From Ignavibacteria bacterium (lineage in GTDB: Bacteria > Bacteroidota > Ignavibacteria > Tepidaquicellales > OLB5), in NCBI GenBank assembly GCA_020852705.1, contig JADZAP010000031.1, forward strand, positions 65,050 through 129,049: a stretch of DNA of 64,000 nt, given 5' to 3'. Shown one piece after another: positions 9,850 through 18,621 of this stretch. The notes under the pieces are model-generated. The model had not been told where the DNA came from. It worked only from the letters and a program-made list of their open reading frames with translations, and made no database searches. The translations under genes were made by a program, and so were the position numbers. Positions within the stretch are counted from its first letter, which is position 1. Each line of letters begins with the position of its first letter.

Positions 9850-10665
9850 TCAAGAATGCTCAATAGTTATTTTAGATAAATTATTTGGATCATATTTAAC
9901 ATAAATTTCTTCACCAACCTGATATTTTGGTATAGCTGTTTCCTGAATTACACCAATCACTTTTGCAGGAAAAGCGGGAGTATCAGCAGGCAAAACTTGA
10001 ACTTCAAATTCTACTGCCGGATTATTACCGTTTACATAAATACCAAGCCATGTGTATTTAGTTACAATTGCTTTACAAGATCTGCCATAAGCAAATACTT
10101 CCTTATTCTTTGCATCAATATCAACAAGTTTTTTTTCAGCTTCAGCTTGATTCATACCAGCCCACGGACCGGTAGGCACTGTATTTGCTGAATATTGCTG
10201 AGACCCTCCGTAACTCTGCCCTGCTGCACCTCCTGTACCATCATAATTAATTACAATTTTATCTTTGTCATTTGGATCAATAAGTACAGGAATCATATTT
10301 CCGGGCATATACATCGAAGTTTGCAGTCTGGAAATTACCTGTTTTGTTTCAACCATGTAAGCAGAACCATTTGGCGGAGTAACTTCCAATAACAGTTTAA
10401 CCTGCGGCTGATTATTTAATGTTACTCCTGTATCAGACATTTCAACAACTTTGGCATTAGTTGCAATCCCTGATTTTTCTAACCTTCTGCTTAGAAACAT
10501 TGGACCAAATAAAACTTTCCAGAAAATGGATCCCGTAAATCCTACTACAGCAATCATTATTATTAAAGCGAACCAAGAACCAGTGCTAATTACTGCAGCA
10601 AATCCTACTATTAAACCAATTCCTCCTCCGATTAGTCCAATAATCATTCCCCAATTCATTTTCAT
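9850..10665 (-). CDS. membrane protein with two N-terminal TM helices and an internally duplicated soluble beta-rich domain
   Basis: 271 aa. Two hydrophobic helices, then two copies of an approx 70-aa module ending (I/V).(V/I).(I/Y)DPN(D/N)..KI.I. Confidence 0.55.
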   Translation of the reverse strand: MKMNWGMIIGLIGGGIGLIVGFAAVISTGSWFALIIMIAVVGFTGSIFWKVLFGPMFLSRRLEKSGIATNAKVVEMSDTGVTLNNQPQVKLLLEVTPPNGSAYMVETKQVISRLQTSMYMPGNMIPVLIDPNDKDKIVINYDGTGGAAGQSYGGSQQYSANTVPTGPWAGMNQAEAEKKLVDIDAKNKEVFAYGRSCKAIVTKYTWLGIYVNGNNPAVEFEVQVLPADTPAFPAKVIGVIQETAIPKYQVGEEIYVKYDPNNLSKITIEHS

Positions 10666-10732
10666 GTTGCTTTCTCCTTAATTAAAATTTTATTACAAAA
10701 TTAACATATATAATAATAAATATGAAATAAAA

Positions 10733-10762
10733 AGCGGAGATAGATTTTTAAATCTATCTCCG
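10733..10762 (-). terminator. rho-independent terminator after the 82-aa ORF
   Basis: gcggagatagattt-tt-aaatctatctccgc, 14-bp stem, with A-run upstream and T-run on the minus strand. Confidence 0.75.
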
Positions 10763-10827
10763 CAAAAACGGTTTTTATACCCAAGAAGAAACCCGGAGCA
10801 GACCAAGTACCCCGAAAAGATTAAAAA

Positions 10828-11076
10828 TTAAGCTGTTTTACGATTTGATTTACCTGAAAGATTATTAATCTTAAAAGTAAGATCATCCGAAACAATATCA
10901 ACAATTTCCTGAAATCTAACGAACTTTTCAAGTTCTAATTTAGAAAGTTCAGGGAAATGTTTCCATGCCTCATCAGTAATTACTTTTGAGATGTTTATCT
11001 TAAATTGCTTAATTTTCTCTCTCCCCGCTTCTGCTTCTTCTTTTGTGAATACGATTTTGTTTTCGCCAGCTCTCAC
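10828..11076 (-). CDS. hypothetical small protein
   Basis: 82-aa ORF with GTG start, its own -7-like box (11108..11101) and its own terminator. No recognisable motif. Confidence 0.4.
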   Translation of the reverse strand: MRAGENKIVFTKEEAEAGREKIKQFKINISKVITDEAWKHFPELSKLELEKFVRFQEIVDIVSDDLTFKINNLSGKSNRKTA

Positions 11077-11257
11077 GTCTTTTTGTTAGTTTGTTATGCT
11101 CAAAAATACCGTTATAAGTTCAAATTTCACTCACTTAATTCCGTTATTTTATTCAGGCTATTTAAAAATACCCAAATACTTTAGTTTTGATTTGCTATTT
11201 AAACATTTTAAATCGCATAAGTGCTTAAAACAGGATATTATCGGCATTTTTATAGAA

Positions 11258-11288
11258 TTGTAAAAATAAGCTATTTTCGGTATATTTG
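11258..11288 (+). promoter_or_regulatory. putative FCB-type promoter (aTTG-N20-TATATTTG) for purM
   Basis: TTG at 11258..11260, 20-nt spacer, TATATTTG at 11281..11288. The purM ATG is at 11292, implying a leaderless or near-leaderless transcript. Confidence 0.4.
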
Positions 11289-11291
11289 CAT

Positions 11292-12287
11292 ATGAAATCT
11301 ACTTATTCCGCAGCTGGTGTTAACATTTCAGAAGGAGACCGGTTTGTAAATGCAATAAAGCCTATTGTTAAAAATACATTTAATAATAATGTAATAAGCG
11401 GAATAGGTAATTTTGGGTCGTTCTTTAAAATCCCAAAATCTTTAAAAAATCCAGTTTTTGTGGCAAGCACGGATGGAGTTGGAACTAAGTTAAAAATTGC
11501 TATTAAATCAGGAAAATATGATACAATTGGCGAAGACCTTGTAAATCACTGTGTAAACGATATAGCAGTATGCGGAGCAACTCCACTGTTTTTTCTTGAT
11601 TATATGGCATTTGGGAAACTCCGCTCGAAACCTGCAATTGATATAGTAAAAGGATTAACCAGAGGATGTAAAAACAACGGGGCTGCTTTAATTGGCGGTG
11701 AAACTGCAGAAATGCCCGGGCTTTATGATACAAATGATTTTGATTTGGCAGGAACAATTATCGGAGTAGTGGAAAAGAATAAGATTATTGATAAAAAAAA
11801 TGTCCGTGCAGGTGATATTTTAATTGGTTTACAGAGCAATGGTTTGCATACAAATGGTTATTCATTAGCTCGCAAAGTTTTATTTAAGAAATACAATTTA
11901 TATAGAAGAATACCTGCAATTAAAAGTACTTTAGTTAAAGAACTTTTGAGGGTTCACAGGTCATATTTAAGTGAGATTAAATTAATAACTTCAAAATTCA
12001 GGATTCACTCTATTTCACATATTACCGGAGGCGGAATTCTTGGTAATACAAAACGAGTTGTGCCAAAGAATCTAAAGATTAAAATAAACTGGAATTCCTG
12101 GGAACCAAACCCGATATTCAATTTAATTCAGCAAACAGGAAAGATAAGCAATGCTGAAATGAGAAAAGTATTCAATATGGGAATAGGTCTTATATTTATA
12201 GCCAGCAAAAAAGATGCAGGTAAAATTTCAAAAGAACTGAATAAACAAAAAATATCTAATTATATAATTGGAGAAATAACAAAATAA
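11292..12287 (+). CDS. purM: phosphoribosylformylglycinamidine cyclo-ligase (AIR synthetase)
   Basis: N-terminal STYSAAGVNISEGDRFV, DGVGTKL, and the AIRS N/C-domain pattern. The ORF track starts at TTG 11286; ATG 11292 preferred. Confidence 0.92.
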   Translation: MKSTYSAAGVNISEGDRFVNAIKPIVKNTFNNNVISGIGNFGSFFKIPKSLKNPVFVASTDGVGTKLKIAIKSGKYDTIGEDLVNHCVNDIAVCGATPLFFLDYMAFGKLRSKPAIDIVKGLTRGCKNNGAALIGGETAEMPGLYDTNDFDLAGTIIGVVEKNKIIDKKNVRAGDILIGLQSNGLHTNGYSLARKVLFKKYNLYRRIPAIKSTLVKELLRVHRSYLSEIKLITSKFRIHSISHITGGGILGNTKRVVPKNLKIKINWNSWEPNPIFNLIQQTGKISNAEMRKVFNMGIGLIFIASKKDAGKISKELNKQKISNYIIGEITK

Positions 12288-13285
12288 TGAGATTACACGA
12301 TATTGCAGTAGTTGGTGCAAGCGGACTTGTAGGACGCAAGATTTTAGAAGTTATACAGCAAAGAAACTTTCAGGTTGGAAAAGTAACCGCTATTGCCTCC
12401 GATGCCTCAACCGGAAAAGAACTAAATATACTTGGAAAGTCATTTAAACTTCATAAGCTTGAACCCCATATATTTAAAAATATCGAATTCGTATTTTTTT
12501 CAGCAGGCAGCCCTGTTTCCAGAGAGTGGGCACCAAAGGCAGCTGCAGATGGTGCAATTGTTATAGATAACAGTTCTGCATTCCGCATGAATGATGATGT
12601 TCCCTTAGTTGTACCGGAGGTAAACAGGCAGGAAATGTTTAAAAACAAAGGTATAATTTCAAACCCTAACTGTTCGACTATTCAATTAGTAACTGTTTTA
12701 AAACCGCTTGATAATGAGTTTAAGATTAAAAGAATAATTGTTTCAACATATCAAAGTGTTTCAGGTGCGGGTTACAAAGGTATTGAAGCACTAGAAAGTG
12801 AATTGCGAAATGAGGGACATGCACCTAACTCCCCTTTTGCTCACAGAATTGCCTTCAATGCGATTCCCCACATAGATGTTTTTTTTGATGATAATTACAC
12901 CCGCGAAGAACTTAAGATGATTAATGAAACCCGTAAAATAATGGGTAAAAAGGATCTTGCAATAACTGCAACCTGCGTAAGGATACCCGCAATGTATGGT
13001 CATGGTGAATCGGTTAATATTGAATTTGATAAAAAAGTTACACCAGAAGATGTCAGAGAAGTACTTTCAAAAGCAAAGGGGGTAAAAATAGCTGATGACC
13101 CTTTAAATAATCTTTACCCCATGCCAATTACATGTGCCGGAAAGGATGATATATTTGCAGGCAGAATCAGAAAAGATAATTCTGTTAAAAATGGCATTAA
13201 CCTGTGGATAGCAGCAGATAACGTTCGCAAAGGTGCAGCAACAAACGCCGTTCAAATTGCCGAAGAATATATTAAAGGCAAATAA
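12287..13285 (+). CDS. asd: aspartate-semialdehyde dehydrogenase
   Basis: 332 aa. VVGASGLVG Rossmann motif and active-site NPNCSTIQ. Start overlaps the purM stop (TAATG). Confidence 0.92.
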   Translation: MRLHDIAVVGASGLVGRKILEVIQQRNFQVGKVTAIASDASTGKELNILGKSFKLHKLEPHIFKNIEFVFFSAGSPVSREWAPKAAADGAIVIDNSSAFRMNDDVPLVVPEVNRQEMFKNKGIISNPNCSTIQLVTVLKPLDNEFKIKRIIVSTYQSVSGAGYKGIEALESELRNEGHAPNSPFAHRIAFNAIPHIDVFFDDNYTREELKMINETRKIMGKKDLAITATCVRIPAMYGHGESVNIEFDKKVTPEDVREVLSKAKGVKIADDPLNNLYPMPITCAGKDDIFAGRIRKDNSVKNGINLWIAADNVRKGAATNAVQIAEEYIKGK

Positions 13286-13372
13286 ACGGAAAAATAAATT
13301 AAGTAATACAAATAAAGTTAACTCTTTCACATTGCAATGAACGAGTTAATAAATGAAAGGAGACGTAAGACA

Positions 13373-14734
13373 ATGGAAAATGTAATAACAAAAACTATTA
13401 CCACCCGAAATGAAGTAAAAAATTTAATTAATCCCAACACAGTTCTTGATACACTAAAGAATTATATGCAAGTTGACGGTCTTGATATAGTAATGGACCT
13501 TGAGAAATCAAACGGTGTATATATATATGAGGCAAGAAATAACAAACCATATCTTGATCTTTTTTCATTTGTTGCTTCAAATCCAGTGGGAATGAACCAT
13601 CCAAAAATGAATAACCCGGAGTTCATTGAATATATTGGCAAAATCGCTTTGAATAAACCTTCTAACAGTGATATTTATTATGAAGAATTTGCAGACTTTG
13701 TGAAAACATTCTTTGATATTGCAATACCATCTTATTTTAAATATGCTTTCTTTATTGAAGGCGGCGGTATGGCAGTTGAGAATGCATTAAAAACTGCGTT
13801 TGACTGGAAAGTAAGAAAGAATTTTAAAAAGGGTTATAAAGAGGAACGCGGTCATAAAGTCATACATTTTAAACAGGCATTCCACGGCAGAACCGGTTAT
13901 ACAATGTCATTAACAAATACTGATCCGGTTAAAGTAGCTTTATATCCAAAATTTGATTGGCCAAGAATTACAAACCCAAAAGTAACTTTCCCACTGAATG
14001 AAAATAATCTTGATGCAGTAATTAAACTTGAAAAACAGGCAATAAATGAGATTCACAAAGCAATAACAGATAACCCTGATGATATTGCAGCTTTAATTTT
14101 AGAACCTATTCAAGGTGAAGGCGGAGATAATCATTTTAGAGTTGAATTTTTTAAAGAGCTAAGAAAGATTTGCGATGAAAATGAGATATTACTGATATTT
14201 GATGAAGTACAAACAGGAGTAGGTATGACCGGAAAATGGTGGGCACACATGCATTATGTTCAGCCGGATATAATTTCATTCGGCAAAAAAACACAGGTAT
14301 GCGGTATATTGGCAACATCAAGAGTTGATGAAGTTCCTGAAAATGTCTTTCATACAAACAGCAGGATAAATTCCACCTGGGGAGGAAATATAGTGGATAT
14401 GATACGTTTTAAAAAATATCTTGAAATAATAAAGGAAGATAATCTGGTAGAAAATGCTTCTGTTGTTGGAGCTCATCTTTTAAACAGACTTGAAGATCTC
14501 TCAATGAAATATCCTGGTAAACTTTCCAATCCAAGAGGCAAAGGACTATTTGCAGCAATTGATTTACCAAATACAGAACTTCGCAATAAAACTATTGGAA
14601 AGGTATTTGAGAATTATGTAATATTGTTAGGATGCGGTGACAAAAGTATTCGTTTCCGCCCTTCTTTGAATATTACAAAAGAACAGATAAACGAGGGACT
14701 TGATGTAATTGAAAAAGCTGTAAAAACTTTGTAA
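13373..14734 (+). CDS. lat: class-III aminotransferase, L-lysine 6-transaminase-like
   Basis: FDEVQTGVGMTGKWWAH and KPSNSD motifs, with FGKK carrying the PLP lysine. Start moved to ATG 13373, preceded by AAAGGAG; the ORF track start is 13337. Confidence 0.7.
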   Translation: MENVITKTITTRNEVKNLINPNTVLDTLKNYMQVDGLDIVMDLEKSNGVYIYEARNNKPYLDLFSFVASNPVGMNHPKMNNPEFIEYIGKIALNKPSNSDIYYEEFADFVKTFFDIAIPSYFKYAFFIEGGGMAVENALKTAFDWKVRKNFKKGYKEERGHKVIHFKQAFHGRTGYTMSLTNTDPVKVALYPKFDWPRITNPKVTFPLNENNLDAVIKLEKQAINEIHKAITDNPDDIAALILEPIQGEGGDNHFRVEFFKELRKICDENEILLIFDEVQTGVGMTGKWWAHMHYVQPDIISFGKKTQVCGILATSRVDEVPENVFHTNSRINSTWGGNIVDMIRFKKYLEIIKEDNLVENASVVGAHLLNRLEDLSMKYPGKLSNPRGKGLFAAIDLPNTELRNKTIGKVFENYVILLGCGDKSIRFRPSLNITKEQINEGLDVIEKAVKTL

Positions 14735-14763
14735 GAATCCATAAACTAAGATTTAATTAGAAA

Positions 14764-14798
14764 CAGGGATAGTAATAAATACTATCCCTGTTTTTTTT
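14764..14798 (+). terminator. rho-independent terminator of lat
   Basis: cagggatagt-aataaat-actatccctg followed by T8. A second 7-bp hairpin, ctcagca-ttc-tgctgag, lies at 14801..14817. Confidence 0.85.
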
Positions 14799-14830
14799 AG
14801 CTCAGCATTCTGCTGAGTGGAAAATTATTG

Positions 14831-15160
14831 ATCACCTCTCCACTGCCCCTCTCCTACGAGGAGATTATTGATTACCTCACCCCTGCCCTCTCCTACGAGG
14901 AGAGGGAGAAATAATTGTGGTATGTGTTTTAGTCAATTCCTATAACCTGTTGGAAAGAAAATGGATTTTTATCACCTCTCCCTTGCCCTCTCCTACGAGG
15001 AGAGGGAGAATTAATTGTGGAATGTGTTTTAGTCAATTCTTATAACCTTTTGGAATGAAAATGGATTTTTATCACCTCTCCCCTGCCCCTCTCCTCAAAG
15101 AAGAGGTGAAAAAATAATTATAAAGTTTTAACACTCCTTCTCCTTTTGAGAAGAGTGGAT
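14831..15160 (+). repeat. tandem array of a 100-bp hairpin-containing intergenic repeat (2 full units plus truncated/degenerate flanking copies)
   Basis: Units 14871..14970 and 14971..15070 are 91/100 identical by my count. Each contains a perfect 9-bp stem, ccctctcct-acg-aggagaggg (14886..14906, 14986..15006). Partial heads lie at 14831..14864, 15071..15110 and a degenerate one at 15131..15158. Confidence 0.85.
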
Positions 15161-15406
15161 TAAAAATAATAACGATTTTAACTGTTACACTTTTTTACAA
15201 AATGTTACTCATATTTCGGTAAATTTATGCTATTTTTCTATGATGCAAATTGTTTTAAATATTGAAACAAATAACTGAAGATATTGCAGCTTATTTGCAG
15301 AATTATATTATGAAGCAATGATATTAAAATATCAAAGTTTGAATTGAAATTGCATTTGGGGAATAAAATTGACAATAATCAAAACTAATTAACAGGAGAT
15401 ATTAAA

Positions 15407-16642
15407 ATGCAACTACATAAGTTACACAAAGGAATTCTGCTTATAGCAGTATTTATACTGCTGTTAGAGGCAAAATTCTTTGCAGCAGATGCTGACTCCG
15501 TTGTTTTCCAAAATGATTCAACCTTCACTATTGAAGGTGTACAAAAAGAGTTGGGGACGGAAGGTGAATGGATAAAAGTTACAAAGGATGAAATTGACCC
15601 CGATGCCGTTAATGATAAATCAAGCGGATTAGATAATGAATTAAATACTGATTGGGTTTGGCGTCCTTACAATGTACAAGAAGGATGGTCGCCTTACAGC
15701 AACGGATATTGGGAATATACCAATTGCGGATGGATGTGGGTTTCATATTATAACTGGGGATGGCGTACATGCCATTACGGCAGATGGTGGTGGTCAAGCC
15801 GCTGGGGCTGGGTATGGTCACCCGGTTTTATTTGGGCACCCGCTTGGGTAGTGTGGATGTATAATGACGGCTACTGCGGATGGTATCCAATTTCACCCTG
15901 GGCAAGGTGGCACCATGGAAGCGGTTACTGGTGCAATGGAATGCGTTACAAAGTAAGATGCTGGACCTATGTGGAGAAAAAACATTTCGTTGATCCAATT
16001 CCAGTAATTACCCCGGTTGTTGACCCAAGCGGTATAAAAGAAATTGTGAGCACAGGTAAGGTTGATGATAAAACCTATATCACCAAAACCGGTGTACATA
16101 ACAACGGACCTGAGGTTATTTCTGTAGAAAATGCAACAGGAAGAAAAATTGCAGTTGATAACGTAACAAAGTACAACAATGTAAAGCAGTATAACGATAA
16201 AACAGATGATGAATACACAAATTCAGTAAAACGTAACGATAAAAAAGAAAATGAAGATGTAAATAACAATAGCGGAAAATATAATAATAATACTAATGAC
16301 AAAAATTATGATGACAAGAAAAATTATGGCGAGAAAAATGAAGATGAGAAAAATAATGTGAATAAAAATGATGACAGCAAGGATTACGATAATAACAAAA
16401 CCAATGATAACGGAAATAATAACACAGGCAAGAATAACAATGGAAATAACGGAAAAAAATCAGATAAACATTATACACCGCCAAAAGATGATTCACCCGG
16501 GCAATATACACCGCCCAAAAAAGAGACTCATAAACATACAAAGCCAAAGTATGAACAGCCAAAACAGGATAAGCCAAGAGATGAGAGCGGGAACAGAGAT
16601 AATGAGAGCAACAGGGAATCAAAAGATAACGGTAAAAAATAA
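15407..16642 (+). CDS. secreted Trp-rich repeat protein (DUF6600 / YXWGXW-like) with Asn/Lys/Asp-rich low-complexity tail
   Basis: 411 aa. Signal peptide, then a core of about 110 aa containing 22 Trp by my count (…WVWRPY…GWMWVSYYNWGWRTCHYGRWWWSSRWGWVWSPGFIWAPAWVVW…). The C-terminal approx 170 aa is N/K/D/E/P-rich. AGGAG RBS 9 nt upstream. Confidence 0.7.
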   Translation: MQLHKLHKGILLIAVFILLLEAKFFAADADSVVFQNDSTFTIEGVQKELGTEGEWIKVTKDEIDPDAVNDKSSGLDNELNTDWVWRPYNVQEGWSPYSNGYWEYTNCGWMWVSYYNWGWRTCHYGRWWWSSRWGWVWSPGFIWAPAWVVWMYNDGYCGWYPISPWARWHHGSGYWCNGMRYKVRCWTYVEKKHFVDPIPVITPVVDPSGIKEIVSTGKVDDKTYITKTGVHNNGPEVISVENATGRKIAVDNVTKYNNVKQYNDKTDDEYTNSVKRNDKKENEDVNNNSGKYNNNTNDKNYDDKKNYGEKNEDEKNNVNKNDDSKDYDNNKTNDNGNNNTGKNNNGNNGKKSDKHYTPPKDDSPGQYTPPKKETHKHTKPKYEQPKQDKPRDESGNRDNESNRESKDNGKK

Positions 16643-16696
16643 TTAAATTATCAAACTGCAAAATTCATAAACAGGAATTTTTGAGTATTCTTTAAT

Positions 16697-16721
16697 CCCC
16701 GCTGAATAAGCGGGGTTTTTT
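16697..16721 (+). terminator. rho-independent terminator
   Basis: ccccgc-tgaataa-gcgggg followed by T6. Confidence 0.85.
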
Positions 16722-17182
16722 GTTATTCGAAAATACATCTTGCAGGCAACCCAATTAATTTTCTGATAAAAAATTGTCTAAAGTCAAACTGCATGGAAGT
16801 TGTTTCACGAGTTTTTCACTACAAAAATTAAAATAAAAACCAAAATTGTAAATAGAGGTCATTACTTAAAATAACTAAGTAAATATGTTTATAAATTTCA
16901 CATCTGAACCATTATTGAAATATATTATGAAATTGCATTTTTTCCGTATGGCAGTTAAACAGCCCGCCAGATTGTAATAAAGATAACAGTTAATACAATA
17001 TTATTTATACTTTGGTGCTATTTCAAAACCTTGATTAATAGCAAAAATTTCATTAATTTAGTAAGTTATATAGGTTTAAATTCAATTTTAATAGCAAAAT
17101 TTGCAATTAGGGGAAATCTATTCCCTTAATTTATTTTTATATCTATAAAGTGAAAATTTTTCGCTCAAAAGGGGCGAATTAA

Positions 17183-18538
17183 ATGTTCGAAGATCTAAGC
17201 AGTAAATTTGATAAAGTATTCCGTTTCATCAAAGGCAAAGGTAAAGTATCTGAAGCCACAATAGATGAGTTTCTGCGTGAAGTTCGCCGTATAATGCTTG
17301 ATGCTGATGTTAACTACAAAGTAGTTAAACAGTTCATTGATGATGTTAAGCAAAGAGCTCTTGAAAAAAATGTAATACGCAGTATTAATCCTGGCAAGAT
17401 TGTAATTGATACAATCACCTCTGAATTAGTGCGGCTGATGGGTGAAAAAAAGAGTGATATAAAATTTTCAGGAGATATACCATCTGTTATTATGCTTGTA
17501 GGTTTACAGGGTTCAGGTAAAACAACATTTTCAGGCAAGCTGGCAAAGTATTTAAAGAGCAGAGGTAAAAATCCGGCTCTTGCAGCATGTGATATTTACC
17601 GACCGGCAGCTATTGAACAGCTTAGAACACTTGGCGAGCAGATTGAAATTCCGGTATATTCCGAAGATAGCAAAGACCCGGTAAAGATTGCACTTGGTGC
17701 CAGAGAGTTTTGCAGAAAGAATTACAAAGATATTTTGATTGTTGATACAGCAGGACGGCTTGCAATTGATGAAGAAATGATGCGTGAAGTTGAAAAATTA
17801 AAAGCAAAATTAGAACCCTCTGAAATATTATTTGTAGTTGACTCAATGACCGGGCAGGATGCTGTTAATACAGCTAAAGAATTTCATGACAGACTGAATT
17901 ATGACGGTGTTATATTAACAAAGTTAGATGGTGATGCACGAGGCGGTGCGGCTTTAAGTATAAGAGCTGTTGTTGATAAACCGGTTAAGTTTGTAGGTGT
18001 TGGTGAAAAGTTAGATGCAATTGAGCCGTTTTATCCCGACAGGATGGCATCGCGTATATTGGGAAAAGGTGATATTCAGTCACTTGTTGAAAAAGCCTCA
18101 ACAATGCTCCCTGAGGAGCTTGATGAAAAGAAAATAGCCAAGCTTGAAGAGAAATTAAAAGGAAACAAGTTTGATTTTGGTGACTTTTTAGATCAGCTGC
18201 AGCAGATAAAGAAGATGGGATCACTTTCACAGCTTATGGGAATGATACCGGGAATGGATAGAGTTATGAAAGGCAAGGAAATAGATGATAAACCATTGCG
18301 TCAAGTTGAAGCAGTAATTAACAGTATGACAAATAAAGAAAGGACAAATCCTGATTTACTGAACGGCTCACGCAGAAAGCGTATTGCTTCAGGCAGCGGT
18401 TCAACAATACAGGAAGTAAACCGTGTGATAAAGCAGTTTTATGATATGCAGAAGATGATTAAGACATTTAAAAAAGGAAGGGGTATGAATAACATGCTTC
18501 GTAACATGGGTCTTCCGGCTAATTTTAGTTTGAAATAA
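17183..18538 (+). CDS. ffh: signal recognition particle protein Ffh
   Basis: 451 aa. N domain, G domain (GLQGSGKTT, DTAGR, TKLDGD) and Met-rich M domain (QLMGMIPGM). Confidence 0.95.
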   Translation: MFEDLSSKFDKVFRFIKGKGKVSEATIDEFLREVRRIMLDADVNYKVVKQFIDDVKQRALEKNVIRSINPGKIVIDTITSELVRLMGEKKSDIKFSGDIPSVIMLVGLQGSGKTTFSGKLAKYLKSRGKNPALAACDIYRPAAIEQLRTLGEQIEIPVYSEDSKDPVKIALGAREFCRKNYKDILIVDTAGRLAIDEEMMREVEKLKAKLEPSEILFVVDSMTGQDAVNTAKEFHDRLNYDGVILTKLDGDARGGAALSIRAVVDKPVKFVGVGEKLDAIEPFYPDRMASRILGKGDIQSLVEKASTMLPEELDEKKIAKLEEKLKGNKFDFGDFLDQLQQIKKMGSLSQLMGMIPGMDRVMKGKEIDDKPLRQVEAVINSMTNKERTNPDLLNGSRRKRIASGSGSTIQEVNRVIKQFYDMQKMIKTFKKGRGMNNMLRNMGLPANFSLK

Positions 18539-18621
18539 ATATAATTAAATAATAACATCCCGAAAAAGGCAATGGCGATTGAAACATTTCGCTCTAAATT
18601 ACCCGGGATTAGAAAGATAAA

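Noticed and set aside
13201-13212. DnaA-box-like TGTGGATAg
   Set aside because: It is a single 8/9 match inside the asd coding region, with no cluster and no AT-rich unwinding element, so it is not an origin.
14871-15070. Integron attC-like or mini-ORF interpretation of the 100-bp units (short ORFs MDFYHLSLALSYEEREN and MDFYHLSPAPLLKEEVKK start at the atggattttt ends)
   Set aside because: No RYYYAAC/GTTRRRY core sites and no integrase. The mini-ORF is not preserved in the copy at 55449..55548 (it reads MDLG then stop), so coding is unlikely.
14831-15160. Possible CRISPR array
   Set aside because: The units are 100 bp and contiguous, with no unique spacers between short repeats. No cas genes are nearby. 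It is a plain tandem repeat.
16293-16661. 122-aa minus-strand ORF and 92-aa plus-strand alternative-frame ORF (16368..16646)
   Set aside because: They overlap the low-complexity AAT/AAA/GAT-rich tail of the Trp-rich protein gene, and stop-free alternative frames are expected in such repeats.
16722-17182. SRP RNA (4.5S), 6S RNA, RNase P RNA or tmRNA next to ffh
   Set aside because: The region is very AT-rich. It lacks the conserved GGUGCU...AGCAGCC SRP domain-IV motif and the signature sequences of the other RNAs.
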